From assembly GCA_963823035.1 (NCBI GenBank), contig CAWGKG010000018.1:288001-352000 (forward strand): a DNA stretch of 64,000 bases, read 5' to 3'. This stretch comes from an uncultured Gemmatimonadales bacterium. GTDB lineage: Bacteria; Gemmatimonadota; Gemmatimonadetes; Longimicrobiales; Gaopeijiaceae. The position numbers and the translations under genes were made by a program. This document shows, piece by piece, positions 1 to 10,331 of this stretch (the stretch's first letter is position 1; each line of letters starts with the position of its first letter). The notes under the pieces were generated by a model. The model had not been told where the DNA came from. It saw only the letters and a list, made by a program, of their open reading frames with translations, and ran no database searches.

Positions 1-1175
1 ACGGCGTGTCGGTGGCGATGAACCTGGACTGGAGCACGCTGCGCGGACCCGCGCAGGCCAAGGCACAGCGAGGCGCGACGGCGGCGCAGATCCGCGTCTC
101 CGAGGCGACGCTCGTCACGCAGGTGACGCAGGCCTACCTCGAAGTGCTGCGGCAGCGAGAAGGGTTGCGTCTGGCCCAGCAGCAGCTCGAGAACGGTCGC
201 TTCAACCTGCGCCTGGCGCAGGGCCGCCTCGAGGTGGGGTCGGCCACGCCGATCGACGTGGGGCAGGCCGAGGTCCAGGTCGGCCGTTCGGAGGTGGTGG
301 TCCTCCAGGCCGAGAACGCGGTCGCCACGGCGCGCATGCGCCTCCTTCAGCGGCTCGGCGTCTCGGTGGGCCAGGACTTCGAGCTCGGCACGACGTTCCA
401 GTTGGCAGAGCCCACCTGGACGGAGAACGAGCTCCTCGATGAGGCCTTGTCGACGAATCCGAACCTGGAGGCGAGCCGTCGGACGGAGGACGCGGCCTCG
501 ATCGGAGTGAGCCAGGCGAAGGGCGCCTACTACCCCTCCCTCGCGCTCTCGACGGGGTGGAACGGGTTCACGCGCCAGGCAAGCAGCGTCGACTTCCAGG
601 TCGCGCAAGCGAAGGCCCAGGTCGCCGGCCAGGTCGCGCAGTGCAACGCCACCAACGAGCTCTACTCGCGGTTGGCGGATCCGCTGCCGCTCAGCGACTG
701 CACACGCTTCGCGTTCACCGACGCCGACCGCCAGGCCATCGTCGCCTCCAACAACCAGTTCCCCTTCGACTTCCAGCAGCAGCCCTTCAGCGTGGGGCTG
801 AGGGTGAGCATCCCGATCTTCCAGGGGCTCAGCCGACAGCGGAACGTCGAGGCGGCGCGCCTTCAGCGGGAAGATGCGAGCCAGCAGCTCCGAGAGCAGG
901 AGCTGTCGTTGCGTGCCGATCTCCGCATCGGCCTCGCCAACGTGCGCACGGCCTACCAGAGTGCGCTGCTCGAGCAGCGGAACCAGCAACTCGCGGAGCA
1001 GCAGCTACGGCTGGCCCGCGAGCGCTATCAGCTGGGCGCGATCACCTTCGTGGAGCTGGTGGACGCCCAGACCGTGCTGGCCCAGGCCGACCGCGATCGT
1101 ACGGCCGCCATCTTCGCGTACCACGACGCCGTCTCGACCCTCGAGGCGCTCGTCGGGGCTCCTCTCCGCAACTGA
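1..1175 (+). CDS. TolC-family outer membrane efflux protein, 5' end outside the window
   Basis: Two OEP-like helical repeats (VTQAYLEVL...GRLEVG; ARERYQLGAITFVELVDAQ); directly upstream of a periplasmic adaptor; frame is open to the window edge. Confidence 0.9.
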   Translation, partial: GVSVAMNLDWSTLRGPAQAKAQRGATAAQIRVSEATLVTQVTQAYLEVLRQREGLRLAQQQLENGRFNLRLAQGRLEVGSATPIDVGQAEVQVGRSEVVVLQAENAVATARMRLLQRLGVSVGQDFELGTTFQLAEPTWTENELLDEALSTNPNLEASRRTEDAASIGVSQAKGAYYPSLALSTGWNGFTRQASSVDFQVAQAKAQVAGQVAQCNATNELYSRLADPLPLSDCTRFAFTDADRQAIVASNNQFPFDFQQQPFSVGLRVSIPIFQGLSRQRNVEAARLQREDASQQLREQELSLRADLRIGLANVRTAYQSALLEQRNQQLAEQQLRLARERYQLGAITFVELVDAQTVLAQADRDRTAAIFAYHDAVSTLEALVGAPLRN

Positions 1176-1188
1176 CCGGACATAGAGC

Positions 1189-2469
1189 ATGCAGACCCGA
1201 ACGAAGGTCATCCTGGGCATCCTCGTGGTGGCGGTGCTCGCCTCAGCCGCCGCGCTGAGCGTGGCGAAGTCGCGCGACAAGGGCGCCGAGGTCCGGATGG
1301 AGGCCGTGAAGCGACGCGACCTGGTGGAGATCGTCACGGCGAGCGGCAACATCCGGGCGCGCAAGGCGGTCGAGCTGAGCTCGGACATCTCGGCGAGGGT
1401 GGCGGAGATGCTCGTGGACGAGGGCGAGGACGTGCACCAGGGTCAGATCCTCATGCGGCTCGATCCCGCCCAGTACCAGGCGGGCGTGTCGCGCTCCCAG
1501 GCCATGCTCTCCCAGGCGAAGGCCGCGCAGGCGCAGCAGCAGGCCAACCTCCTGCGTGCGCAGCGCGACCTCGACCGCATGCTCTCTCTGAGGTCGCGGG
1601 ACTCGCTCCTGGTCAGCACCCAGCAGGTGGACGACGCGCAGACCGGTATGGACGTCGCCGAGGCCCAGTTGCGGTCGGCGGAGTTCGGCGTGTCGCAGGC
1701 GCAGGCGTCCCTGGACGAGGCCGAGGACCGCCTGTCGAAGACCATCATCCGGGCACCGATGGACGGAAAGGTCACGAGGCTCAACGTCGAGCAGGGCGAG
1801 ACCGTCATCATCGGCACCATGAACAACCCGGGCAGCCTCATCCTCGCGATCTCGGATCTGTCGGTGATCGAGGTCGTGGTGCAGGTCGACGAGACCGACG
1901 TGCCGGAGATCTCCCTGGGCGATTCGGCGGCGGTACGCATCGACGCCTTCCCCGACAGCACCTTTTCCGGGCGCGTGACCGAGATCGGCAACTCCGCGAT
2001 CCGTCCGCCTTCGCAGCAGACCTCCGGTCAGCAGGCGGCGATCGACTTCGAGGTCGTGATCACGCTCGACCCGACCGAGGCGACCCTCCGCCCGGACCTG
2101 TCGGCCACGGCGGACATCGTCACCGAGACGCGCGCAGATGCGCTCGCCGTGCCGATCATCGCGCTCACGGTGCGCGAGAAGCCGGACTCGACGAAGGCGG
2201 ATTCGACGGGTGCGGCGCAACCCGCTCGGGCTTCGATGTCGGGGAGCGAAGAGGCCGAGGACGAGGAGGGCGTGTTCGTGGTGCACGATGGGAAAGTGAC
2301 CTTCGAGCCGGTGAAGGTGGGCATCGCCGGGCAGGAGTACTTCGAGGTGCTCTCCGGGCTGTCCGAGGGGGACACCGTCGTGGCCGGGCCCTACCAGCGC
2401 ATCCGGCAACTCAAGGACGGGGACGCCGTGAAGGAGTCCGAGGGTCCCGACACCCCACCCACCGGCTGA
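1189..2469 (+). CDS. Efflux periplasmic adaptor subunit (MacA-like)
   Basis: N-terminal TM helix, lipoyl half-motifs (VDEGEDVHQGQIL; IRAPMDGKV), coiled hairpin, VDETDV motif, C-terminal EVLSGLSEGDTVV. Confidence 0.92.
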   Translation: MQTRTKVILGILVVAVLASAAALSVAKSRDKGAEVRMEAVKRRDLVEIVTASGNIRARKAVELSSDISARVAEMLVDEGEDVHQGQILMRLDPAQYQAGVSRSQAMLSQAKAAQAQQQANLLRAQRDLDRMLSLRSRDSLLVSTQQVDDAQTGMDVAEAQLRSAEFGVSQAQASLDEAEDRLSKTIIRAPMDGKVTRLNVEQGETVIIGTMNNPGSLILAISDLSVIEVVVQVDETDVPEISLGDSAAVRIDAFPDSTFSGRVTEIGNSAIRPPSQQTSGQQAAIDFEVVITLDPTEATLRPDLSATADIVTETRADALAVPIIALTVREKPDSTKADSTGAAQPARASMSGSEEAEDEEGVFVVHDGKVTFEPVKVGIAGQEYFEVLSGLSEGDTVVAGPYQRIRQLKDGDAVKESEGPDTPPTG

Positions 2470-2479
2470 CGGATCGGTC

Positions 2480-3721
2480 ATGCAACTCTGGGAGGGGGTG
2501 GTCCTCGCGTTCGAGCAGATCAGGACGCAGAAGCTCAAGAGCTTCTTCAGCCTGCTCGGCGTGATCCTCGGCGTCATGTTCCTCCTCGTCGTGGTGACGG
2601 TGGTGGAGGGACTCGACCGCTACATCCGCGAGGACTTCACCGCCCAGATCTTCGGCATCAACACGGTGACCGTCCGCCGCTGGCAGAGCGTCAGCATCAA
2701 CACGGATCCGGAGGAGTGGCGGGCCCGGATGCGCCGCCCGCGCATCGACTACGCGGACGCCGACGAGATCCGCCGACAGCTCACCGTCCCCGCCCGGGTC
2801 GCGGTGGAGAGCGGGACGGGGAGCGACGGTGTCGGCGACAACGGGCGCTCGGCCACGGGGATCCAGGTGACCGGCGCCTCGCCGGAGATCTTCGTGATCC
2901 GTGACTGGACCATCGCCCGTGGCCGCGCGTTCACCCCCCAGGAAGCCAACGCCGGCGTGCCGGTCATCGTGATCGGGTCGGAGACCGCCGAGGTGATCTT
3001 CCCGAACGTCGATCCGATCGGTCGAACGATCCGCCTCCGCGGCTTCCCGTACCGAGTGATCGGTGTGCTGGAAGAGCGGGGCTCGCTGTTCGGCCAGTCG
3101 CTCGACAATCAGGTGGTCGCGCCGGCCCGCTCGCCGATCCAGTCGTTCACGAACCCTCGCGGCATCGTGGACCAGATCATCATCCAGACGCTGGACCCGG
3201 ATCGGCTGCGCGACGCCCAAGCCGAGGTGGAGGGTATCATGCGCATCCGCCACCGCCTGCGCCCCGGCGAAGAGAACGACTTCGCCGTCGAAACCGCGGA
3301 GGAGGCGATCAGCTTCTGGAACAAGATCTCGAAGATCCTCTTCACCGCACTGCCCATGCTCGTCGCGATCTCCGTGGTCGTGGGTGGGATCGTGATCATG
3401 AACATCATGCTCGTGTCGGTGATGGAGCGGACGCGTGAGATCGGCGTGCGCAAGGCCATCGGGGCGCGCCGACGCGACATCCTCACGCAGGTGCTCATCG
3501 AGTCTGCCACGCTGTCGACGGTGGGCGGCGCCTTCGGCGTCGTGGTCGGCATCGCCGTCGCCTTTCTGATCGCGGCCGTCTCCCCCATGCCCGCCGCGGT
3601 GAGCCCCTTGTGGGCCACGGTCGGCGTCGGTCTGGGCATGACCGTCGGCGTGATCGCCGGCGTGTATCCCGCCTGGCGGGCCTCGAAGCTCGATCCCGTG
3701 GACGCGTTGCGCTATGAATGA
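2480..3721 (+). CDS. ABC transporter permease, MacB/FtsX family
   Basis: KLKSFFSLLGVILGV; periplasmic domain with GRAF; GGIVIMNIMLVSVMERTREIGVRKAIGA; PAWRASKLDPVDALRYE. Confidence 0.93.
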   Translation: MQLWEGVVLAFEQIRTQKLKSFFSLLGVILGVMFLLVVVTVVEGLDRYIREDFTAQIFGINTVTVRRWQSVSINTDPEEWRARMRRPRIDYADADEIRRQLTVPARVAVESGTGSDGVGDNGRSATGIQVTGASPEIFVIRDWTIARGRAFTPQEANAGVPVIVIGSETAEVIFPNVDPIGRTIRLRGFPYRVIGVLEERGSLFGQSLDNQVVAPARSPIQSFTNPRGIVDQIIIQTLDPDRLRDAQAEVEGIMRIRHRLRPGEENDFAVETAEEAISFWNKISKILFTALPMLVAISVVVGGIVIMNIMLVSVMERTREIGVRKAIGARRRDILTQVLIESATLSTVGGAFGVVVGIAVAFLIAAVSPMPAAVSPLWATVGVGLGMTVGVIAGVYPAWRASKLDPVDALRYE

Positions 3722-5003
3722 CGAGGGGCGGAGGGAGGGGAACGCCGGGCTTACCGCGCTGGGCGAGGGGCTCCTGATCGCCTTCGAGGCGATCAGCGCG
3801 AACAAGATCCGCGCGAGCCTGACGATCCTGGGGGTGGCGGTAGGCGTCTCCGTGGTGGTCGCGATGGCCGCGCTCATCACGGGCTTCCGCACGAGCATGT
3901 CGCAGGCCTTCGAGTCGGCGGGCCCCAACAACTTCATGGTCACCCGCTTCGACTTCACCGCGGTCCGTTCCGCGGACGACGGCAACGACCGGCCGCCGTG
4001 GTGGAACAAGCCCGAGATCGAGCCGCGGGAGGCGGAGCGGATCGCCGCAATGCCCGCGATCGACGAAGCGCTCTTCAACTTCAGCTTCTCGGTCGACTTC
4101 GACTTCGAGGGCCGGCGCGTCCGCAACGTGCAGTCGCAGGGCTACTCCGCCGGATGGCCGAAGTACACCCAGGGCGACTTCATCGCGGGGCGGGACTTCA
4201 CCCCCGCCGAGGTGCGGCAGAATCGGGCGCTGGTGGTGTTGTCCGACTCCCTCGCGATCGAGCTCTTCGGCCAGCGCGACCCCATCGGGCGCCGCGTCCG
4301 GGTGGGCAACGTCTTCCGCGGCACGCAGGAGTCGTTCACGGTCGTAGGGGTCTTCGCACCCGAACCGAACGTCTTCTCGAGCTTCGTGAAGCACTTCGCG
4401 ATCTTCCCCTACACCTCGGCGGAGCGCCGCCTGCGGCAATCCGCCTGGCAGGCGCAGATTCTCGTGGTGCCGAAGGACTCCGTCACGATGGTCGCGGCGC
4501 AGGACGAGGTGATCGCGGCGCTGCGCGGCATGCGCGGCCTCGGCCCGCGGGAGGAGAACAACTTCGCGCTCATCGCGTCGCGACAGCTCCTGGAGCTCTT
4601 CGACCGCCTGACCGGAGTGATCTTCATGGTCATGCTGGCGCTCTCCTCCGCCGGCCTCCTCGTGGGCGGCGTGGGCGTGATCGGGATCATGCTCATCAGC
4701 GTCACCGAGCGGACGCGCGAGATCGGCGTGCGCAAGGCGGTGGGTGCGACGCGCCGGGAGATCCTCTGGCAGTTCCTCGTGGAGGCGTCCGTGCTCACGG
4801 CCCTCGGTGCCGCCGGAGGGATGCTGATCGGGTGGGGGCTCGCCACGCTGGTCTCGGTGCTCACGCCGCTGCCGGCGCGCATCCCCGTCTGGGCGGTGGG
4901 CACGGCGCTCGCCATGGCGGCGCTCACGGGAATGCTCTTCGGGCTGCTGCCCGCCTACCGCGCCAGCCGGCTCGATCCGGTCGTGGCGCTCCGCTTCGAG
5001 TGA
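3714..5003 (+). CDS. ABC transporter permease, MacB/FtsX family (second paralog)
   Basis: NKIRASLTILGV; SVTERTREIGVRKAVGA; PAYRASRLDPVVALRFE; overlaps the previous gene by 8 bp. Confidence 0.93.
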   Translation: MNDEGRREGNAGLTALGEGLLIAFEAISANKIRASLTILGVAVGVSVVVAMAALITGFRTSMSQAFESAGPNNFMVTRFDFTAVRSADDGNDRPPWWNKPEIEPREAERIAAMPAIDEALFNFSFSVDFDFEGRRVRNVQSQGYSAGWPKYTQGDFIAGRDFTPAEVRQNRALVVLSDSLAIELFGQRDPIGRRVRVGNVFRGTQESFTVVGVFAPEPNVFSSFVKHFAIFPYTSAERRLRQSAWQAQILVVPKDSVTMVAAQDEVIAALRGMRGLGPREENNFALIASRQLLELFDRLTGVIFMVMLALSSAGLLVGGVGVIGIMLISVTERTREIGVRKAVGATRREILWQFLVEASVLTALGAAGGMLIGWGLATLVSVLTPLPARIPVWAVGTALAMAALTGMLFGLLPAYRASRLDPVVALRFE

Positions 5004-5019
5004 CGGTCCAGCCCCGACC

Positions 5020-5748
5020 ATGACCTCACCTCCCCTCGACGTCCTCGCCGTCTTCGCACACCCCGACGACGCCGAGCTCCTGTGCGGCGGTGCGCTCGCC
5101 AAGAGCAGCGACGCGGGGCAACGCGTCGGCATCCTCGACCTGACGGCGGGCGAGATGGGCAGCCAGGGCACCCCCGAGCTGCGCGCCGAGGAAGCGGCGA
5201 AGGCCGCCGCGATCCTCGGGGTGGGCCTGCGCCGGTGCCTGGGACTCCCCGACTCGCGTCTGGAGAACACGCACGACGTCCGGGCCGCGGTCGCTGGAGT
5301 GCTCCGCGAGCTCCGCCCCCGCATCGTCGTGACGCATTGGAAGGTGGGGCGCCACCGCGACCATCGGCTCGCCTCCGAGATCGTCCGCGACGCCTGCTTC
5401 CTCTCGGCGCTCCGCAGGCTCGACGCCCCGGGCGAGCCGTTCCGGCCGCACAAGCTCGTCTACGCCACGGCCTTCCGCGAGGACGCCGATCCGCCGTCGT
5501 TCGTGATCGACGTCACGGCCCAGATGGATCGGAAGATCCGCGCGCTGGCCGCGTACGCGTCGCAGTTCACGGACAAGACGCAGGCGGGCGAGGTCTTCCC
5601 CGGCGGCGACCGCCCGCTCCTCGATCAGATCCGGGCGAAGGCGGCTGGCGACGGCTCACGCATCCGCGCGGCCTACGGGGAGCCCTTCCGCATCGACGAG
5701 ACGATGGCGGTAGCGACGCTGGGCGCGTTGGAGGTGGCGGGGCTCTAG
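5020..5748 (+). CDS. bshB1: Bacillithiol biosynthesis deacetylase BshB1 (PIG-L/LmbE family)
   Basis: AHPDDAEL metal motif, DLTAGEMGSQGT, RHRDH, AYASQF, YGEPF. Confidence 0.8.
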   Translation: MTSPPLDVLAVFAHPDDAELLCGGALAKSSDAGQRVGILDLTAGEMGSQGTPELRAEEAAKAAAILGVGLRRCLGLPDSRLENTHDVRAAVAGVLRELRPRIVVTHWKVGRHRDHRLASEIVRDACFLSALRRLDAPGEPFRPHKLVYATAFREDADPPSFVIDVTAQMDRKIRALAAYASQFTDKTQAGEVFPGGDRPLLDQIRAKAAGDGSRIRAAYGEPFRIDETMAVATLGALEVAGL

Positions 5749-6083
5749 CCCCGACACGCCACCTCGATCAGGACGCGCCGCCACGACGGCACGTCGTGCC
5801 CGTGGACGCGCACGGCCACGGCGTCGGCGTGCCCGCCGCGGCTCATCCACGGCCAGAGCCAGTCGCCGATCTCCGGGGGGAGATGGCCGATCGGCTCGCC
5901 CGTCGCCAGGTGCACCCACACCTCGGGATCGTCCTGGCCGGGCGGATCGGCGACCAGGCGGATCGCGTCGCCTTCCCGGATGGCGTCCACATGTCGGTCC
6001 CTCCCGGCGAAGACGGTCCCGTGGACGGTCGCGCGGAAGGAGGTCGGTCGTCCGTCGGGGAACGATGGCGGAAGCTGGATCAT
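5745..6083 (-). CDS. Stand-alone HIRAN-domain-like protein (112 aa)
   Basis: C-terminal part of ORF 5745..6833, from ATG 6083: TVHGTVF...IREGDAIRLVADP...VWVHLATGEPIGHLPPEI resembles the HIRAN pattern. Confidence 0.65.
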   Translation of the reverse strand: MIQLPPSFPDGRPTSFRATVHGTVFAGRDRHVDAIREGDAIRLVADPPGQDDPEVWVHLATGEPIGHLPPEIGDWLWPWMSRGGHADAVAVRVHGHDVPSWRRVLIEVACRG

Positions 6084-6221
6084 CCCCGAAAGCTCGGGAG
6101 CCCCGCGGCACTTCGCCACCCGTGCGCGGATCCGCGCAGCCCGGATTCGGTAGTAGAGCGTCGGCCGGCCCGAACGGGCCTCCCCTCGAGCGCCCCTACC
6201 TCCCGGCGGGATCAACCCTCC

Positions 6222-7391
6222 ATGGACCCCATCTACCTCGACCACGCCGCCACCACCCCCGTGCGGGCGGAGGTGCGCGCCGCGATGGCGCCGTTCCTCG
6301 ACGGCGTCTTCGGCAACCCCTCCTCCACCCACCGGTGGGGGCGCGAGGCGTCCGCCGCGCTCGAGGAGGCGCGCGCAGCGTGCGCCGGTCACATCGGTGC
6401 GAAGGCGTCCGAGATCCACTTCGTGCGGGGGGGCACCGAGTCGGACAACCTCGCCGTGGCCGGTCGGGCGCGCTGGCTGCGCGGCGAGGGGCGGACGCCC
6501 ACGGTCGTCGTGACGGCGGTCGAGCACCACGCCGTGCTCGACGCGGCCCGCCACGCCACGGCGCGCGGGGCGGGACGCCTCGTGACTCTGGGGGTCGGCA
6601 CCGACGGCTCCGTCGACCTCGACGCGCTGGACCGCGCCCTCGCGGAGGGCGCGGGCGTCGTCTCGATGATGTGGGTCAACAACGAGACGGGCATGGTGCT
6701 GCCCGTTCCCGAAGCCGCGGCCCGTGTGACCGGGGCCGACGCGGTCCTGCATACCGACGCCGTTCAGGCCGTCGGCAAGATGCCCGTCCGCGTCGACGAG
6801 GTGCCGGTCGACCTCCTCACGCTCACCGGACACAAGATCTACGGTCCGAAGGGGACCGGCCTCCTCTTCGCGCGGTCCGGCACGGCCGTCTCACCCCTCC
6901 TCCACGGGGGCGGACAGGAGCGTGGCCTGCGGCCCGGCACCGAGGACGTGGCCGGGGCCGTGGGGTTGGCGGTCGCCCTCCGGCTGGCCGTCGAAGAGCG
7001 CGAGGCCGAGGTGGGGCGCCTGCGAGCGCTGCGCGACGGCCTGGAGGCCGCCATGAGGGCCCGCGTGGGCGGATCCAGGGTCAACTGCGGGGAGGCGCTC
7101 CGCGCGCCGCACGTGGCCAGCCTGGCGTTTTCCGACGTGGACGGACAGGCACTCCTCATGGCGTTGGACCTGGAAGGGATCGCCGCATCGGGCGGCTCGG
7201 CCTGTGACAGCGGCGCGCAGAGGGGAAGCCACGTCATCGCCGCCCTCTACGGGGAGGACGACCGACACGCGATCGTCCGCTTCTCCCTCGGGAGGAGCAC
7301 CTCGCGGGCCGACGTCGAGCGCGCCGTCGACGTAACCGCGGCCGTGGTGGATCGCGTACGCACGGGCGCGCGGACGGAGGCGCACGCGTGA
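6222..7391 (+). CDS. iscS: Cysteine desulfurase (IscS/NifS class V PLP enzyme)
   Basis: IYLDHAATTP, GNPSS, GGTESDN, NNETG, HTDAVQ, TGHKIYGPKG (PLP Lys), SGGSACDS (catalytic Cys); start taken at ATG 6222 within ORF 5082..7391. Confidence 0.9.
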   Translation: MDPIYLDHAATTPVRAEVRAAMAPFLDGVFGNPSSTHRWGREASAALEEARAACAGHIGAKASEIHFVRGGTESDNLAVAGRARWLRGEGRTPTVVVTAVEHHAVLDAARHATARGAGRLVTLGVGTDGSVDLDALDRALAEGAGVVSMMWVNNETGMVLPVPEAAARVTGADAVLHTDAVQAVGKMPVRVDEVPVDLLTLTGHKIYGPKGTGLLFARSGTAVSPLLHGGGQERGLRPGTEDVAGAVGLAVALRLAVEEREAEVGRLRALRDGLEAAMRARVGGSRVNCGEALRAPHVASLAFSDVDGQALLMALDLEGIAASGGSACDSGAQRGSHVIAALYGEDDRHAIVRFSLGRSTSRADVERAVDVTAAVVDRVRTGARTEAHA

Positions 7392-8479
7392 GCCGCATGC
7401 TCGTGGCGATGTCCGGGGGCGTGGACTCCTCGGTCGCGGCGGCCCTCCTGGTCGAGGAGGGGCACGAGGTGGTGGGCGTCACGATGAAGACGTTCTGCTA
7501 CTCGGAGGCGCCCGGCCACGGCCGTACCTGCTGCGGGCTCGACGGGATCGCGGACGCGCGGCGGGTCGCCGTGGCGCTGGGGATCCCGCACTACGTCTTC
7601 GACGTCGAGGAGGAGTTCACCCGCGACGTCATCGACGACTTCGTGTCCGAGTACGCCCAGGGGCGTACGCCGAACCCCTGCGTACGCTGCAACAGCAACA
7701 CGAAGTTCCGCGACCTCCTGGCCCGCGGCCGCGCCCTCGGCTGCGACGCGATCGCCTCCGGTCACTACGTCCGCTCCCGCCACGGACCGGACGGCTCGGC
7801 GCTGCTGCGTGGGCTCGATCCCGCCAAGGACCAGAGCTACTTCCTCTGGGGGCTTCCGCGCACGATGCTCCCCCTCCTGCACTTCCCGCTCGGCGCGCTG
7901 AGGAAGCCCGAGGTGCGGGCCCGGGCACGCGCCCTGGAGCTGGCCACGGCCGACAAGCCGGAGTCGCAGGAGATCTGCTTCGTCCCCACGGGGGACTACC
8001 GCGACCTCCTGGACAAGCGGCTGGGGCCGCGTCACCCGGCGCTCGAGCCCGGGGCCATCGTGGACCGCGCCGGGAACGAGCTCGGCCGGCACGAGGGCTA
8101 CGCGGGGTTCACCGTCGGGCAGCGACGCGGCCTGGGCGGCGGCTTCGCCGAGCCGATGTTCGTGCTCGAGATCCGCCCGGGGACCCGGGAGGTGGTGGTG
8201 GGGCCGCGCGACCAGCTCGGCGCCGACGGGGTGGAGGTCGGGGAGCTGAACTGGCTGACCGATCCGCCGGCCGAGGGCGCCCGCGTGCGCGTCCAGCTGC
8301 GCTATCGAGCCCCCGACGTGGCCGCGCGCGTGGCGCGGTGCGGGGAGTTCCTGGAGCTGGAGCTGGACCGGCCGGTCGCGGCGGTCACCCCCGGGCAGTC
8401 GGCCGTGGTCTTCGATGGCGACCGCGTGCTCGGCGGCGGACGCATCGTGCGCGCCGCCCGCCTCGCCGTGCCGGGCTGA
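7388..8479 (+). CDS. mnmA: tRNA 2-thiouridine(34) synthase MnmA
   Basis: SGGVDSS PP-loop, TPNPCVRCN, KDQSYFL, ESQEICF, TVGQRRG, VTPGQSAV; GTGA overlap with the desulfurase. Confidence 0.96.
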   Translation: MSRMLVAMSGGVDSSVAAALLVEEGHEVVGVTMKTFCYSEAPGHGRTCCGLDGIADARRVAVALGIPHYVFDVEEEFTRDVIDDFVSEYAQGRTPNPCVRCNSNTKFRDLLARGRALGCDAIASGHYVRSRHGPDGSALLRGLDPAKDQSYFLWGLPRTMLPLLHFPLGALRKPEVRARARALELATADKPESQEICFVPTGDYRDLLDKRLGPRHPALEPGAIVDRAGNELGRHEGYAGFTVGQRRGLGGGFAEPMFVLEIRPGTREVVVGPRDQLGADGVEVGELNWLTDPPAEGARVRVQLRYRAPDVAARVARCGEFLELELDRPVAAVTPGQSAVVFDGDRVLGGGRIVRAARLAVPG

Positions 8480-8503
8480 GCGGGACGCCGTCGGGCCGCG
8501 ACG

Positions 8504-9649
8504 TCAGTGCTTCAGGCCGGTCGCCTGGGCGAACTCCTCCATCGCCCGGGCCTCCTCCTCGCTCAACTCGTCGGGCACCTCGATGCGGGCCTCCACGTAC
8601 TGGTCTCCGATGCGGTCGCCCTTCTCGATCCCCTGGCCGCGGATGCGGAACCTCGTGCCCGTCTGCGTCCCGCGTGGGATCCTGAGCACGACCTTCTTCC
8701 CGTGCACGGTACCCACGCGGATCTTCGAGCCGAGCGTGGCCTGCACGATGTTGATCGGCACCGTGACGTGGATGTCGAGCCCCTCCCGCCGGTAGAAACG
8801 GTGCGGCTGGACCTTGAAGGTGATGACGAGGTCGCCCGGAGTGCCTCCGCCGCGTCCTCGCTCCCCCTGGCCCGAGAGACGCACCTTCGACCCGGTCTCC
8901 ACGCCGCTCGGGACGCCGATCTGGATCTTCCGGCTCTGGCGCACCGAGCCACGCCCGTCGCACGCCGGACAAGGCGTCTCCGGGATCTTCCCGCGCCCGA
9001 AGCACGCCGGACACGGCCGCTTCACGGCGAAGCCGCCCTGTCCGAAGGAGACGTGGCCCGTGCCCCCGCACTCCGTGCACGTGCGCAGCTGCGTCCCCGG
9101 CTTGGCCCCCGAGCCGTGGCAGGTCGCGCACTCCTCGGTAATGGCCACGTCCACGGAGATCTTCCCGCCGCGCGCCGCCGTCAGGAAGGGGATCTCGACC
9201 ACGTACTCGACGTTCTGGCCCTTTTCGGGCCCCTGCCGGCGAGGCCCCCCCTGCGCCCCCTTCTTCCCCAGGTCGAAGAGCGAGCTGAAGAGGTCCGAAA
9301 TGTTGCCGAACCCGCCCTGGAGGTCGTCGAAGGAGAAGCCCGGATCCGACGGAGATCCCCCGGGGGCGCCGCCGCGCGGGCGCGCACCGCCCGTCGGCCC
9401 GCCACGCCCGAAGCCACCGAACGCTCCCAGGCGGCGCATCTGATCGTACTGCTTTCGCTTGTCGGCGTCGGAGAGGACCGAGTAGGCCTCACCGATCTCC
9501 TTGAAGCGCTCGCCCGCACGGGGATCGTTCGGGCTGGCGTCCGGATGGTACTGCTTCGCGAGCTTCCGGTACGCCTTCTTGATCTCGTCCGGCTTGGCCT
9601 TCTCCGAGACGCCCAGGACCTCGTAGAAATCCTTGTTCGCCGCCGCCAT
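8504..9649 (-). CDS. dnaJ: Chaperone DnaJ
   Basis: J domain with HPD, G/F-rich region, four CxxCxGxG repeats, C-terminal domain. Confidence 0.95.
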   Translation of the reverse strand: MAAANKDFYEVLGVSEKAKPDEIKKAYRKLAKQYHPDASPNDPRAGERFKEIGEAYSVLSDADKRKQYDQMRRLGAFGGFGRGGPTGGARPRGGAPGGSPSDPGFSFDDLQGGFGNISDLFSSLFDLGKKGAQGGPRRQGPEKGQNVEYVVEIPFLTAARGGKISVDVAITEECATCHGSGAKPGTQLRTCTECGGTGHVSFGQGGFAVKRPCPACFGRGKIPETPCPACDGRGSVRQSRKIQIGVPSGVETGSKVRLSGQGERGRGGGTPGDLVITFKVQPHRFYRREGLDIHVTVPINIVQATLGSKIRVGTVHGKKVVLRIPRGTQTGTRFRIRGQGIEKGDRIGDQYVEARIEVPDELSEEEARAMEEFAQATGLKH

Positions 9650-9665
9650 CTTCGCCGCCCGCCCC

Positions 9666-10331
9666 TCAGCCGTGCTTGTGGACGCTCACCCGGGCCGGCC
9701 GGATGAGGTTGCCGTCGAGCGCGTACCCCTTCTGGAAGACCTGCGCGACGCGATCGTCGTCGTCCTCGGACTCGGCCGGCACGCGCAGCATGGCCTCCAT
9801 GGTCTCGGGGTTGAAGCGCTCGCCCACCGGGTCGAGCATCTCGACGCCCGCGTCGGCGAGCATGCGGAGGAACTTCCGCTCCACCAGGTCGATGCCCTCC
9901 ATGATACCTTCGACCGTGGCGTTGGTCAGGTCGAGGCCCGCCACCCGCTGCAGGTCGTCCAGGACGTCGACGAACTTCCCGACGATCTCGGCTTGCGCGC
10001 GCCCCCAGACGTCGCGACGCTCGGCGTCGACGCGCCTCCGGTAGTTGTTGAACTCCGCCGCCAGCCGCAGGTGCCGGTCGTTGAGCCCCTCGAACTCCTC
10101 GCGCAGCTCGAGCAGCTCCTGGTCGAGCGTCTCGCCCGTGCGGATTTCCGCGCCCGACCCCTCGTCGAGGGGGTCGTCATCCGGATCGTCCGCCGCATCC
10201 GTGTCGACCTCCGACCCGGCCTGAACCGGAGCGGGGTCGCCCTGGTGCGGGCCTCCTCCGGCCGACGCTTCCGCGGCGGCAATGTCCTCGATGGGCTCCA
10301 GGTCGTCCGTCCTCGATGGGGAATCCGTCAT
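9666..10331 (-). CDS. grpE: Nucleotide exchange factor GrpE
   Basis: [28 protein letters not shown]...LIRPARVSV; own ATG at 10331 inside the 686-aa ORF. Confidence 0.93.
   Translation of the reverse strand: MTDSPSRTDDLEPIEDIAAAEASAGGGPHQGDPAPVQAGSEVDTDAADDPDDDPLDEGSGAEIRTGETLDQELLELREEFEGLNDRHLRLAAEFNNYRRRVDAERRDVWGRAQAEIVGKFVDVLDDLQRVAGLDLTNATVEGIMEGIDLVERKFLRMLADAGVEMLDPVGERFNPETMEAMLRVPAESEDDDDRVAQVFQKGYALDGNLIRPARVSVHKHG

Noticed and set aside
5082..6221. N-terminal extension of the cysteine desulfurase (769-aa ORF)
   Set aside because: It overlaps bshB1 and the HIRAN-like gene out of frame; family motifs begin at ATG 6222.
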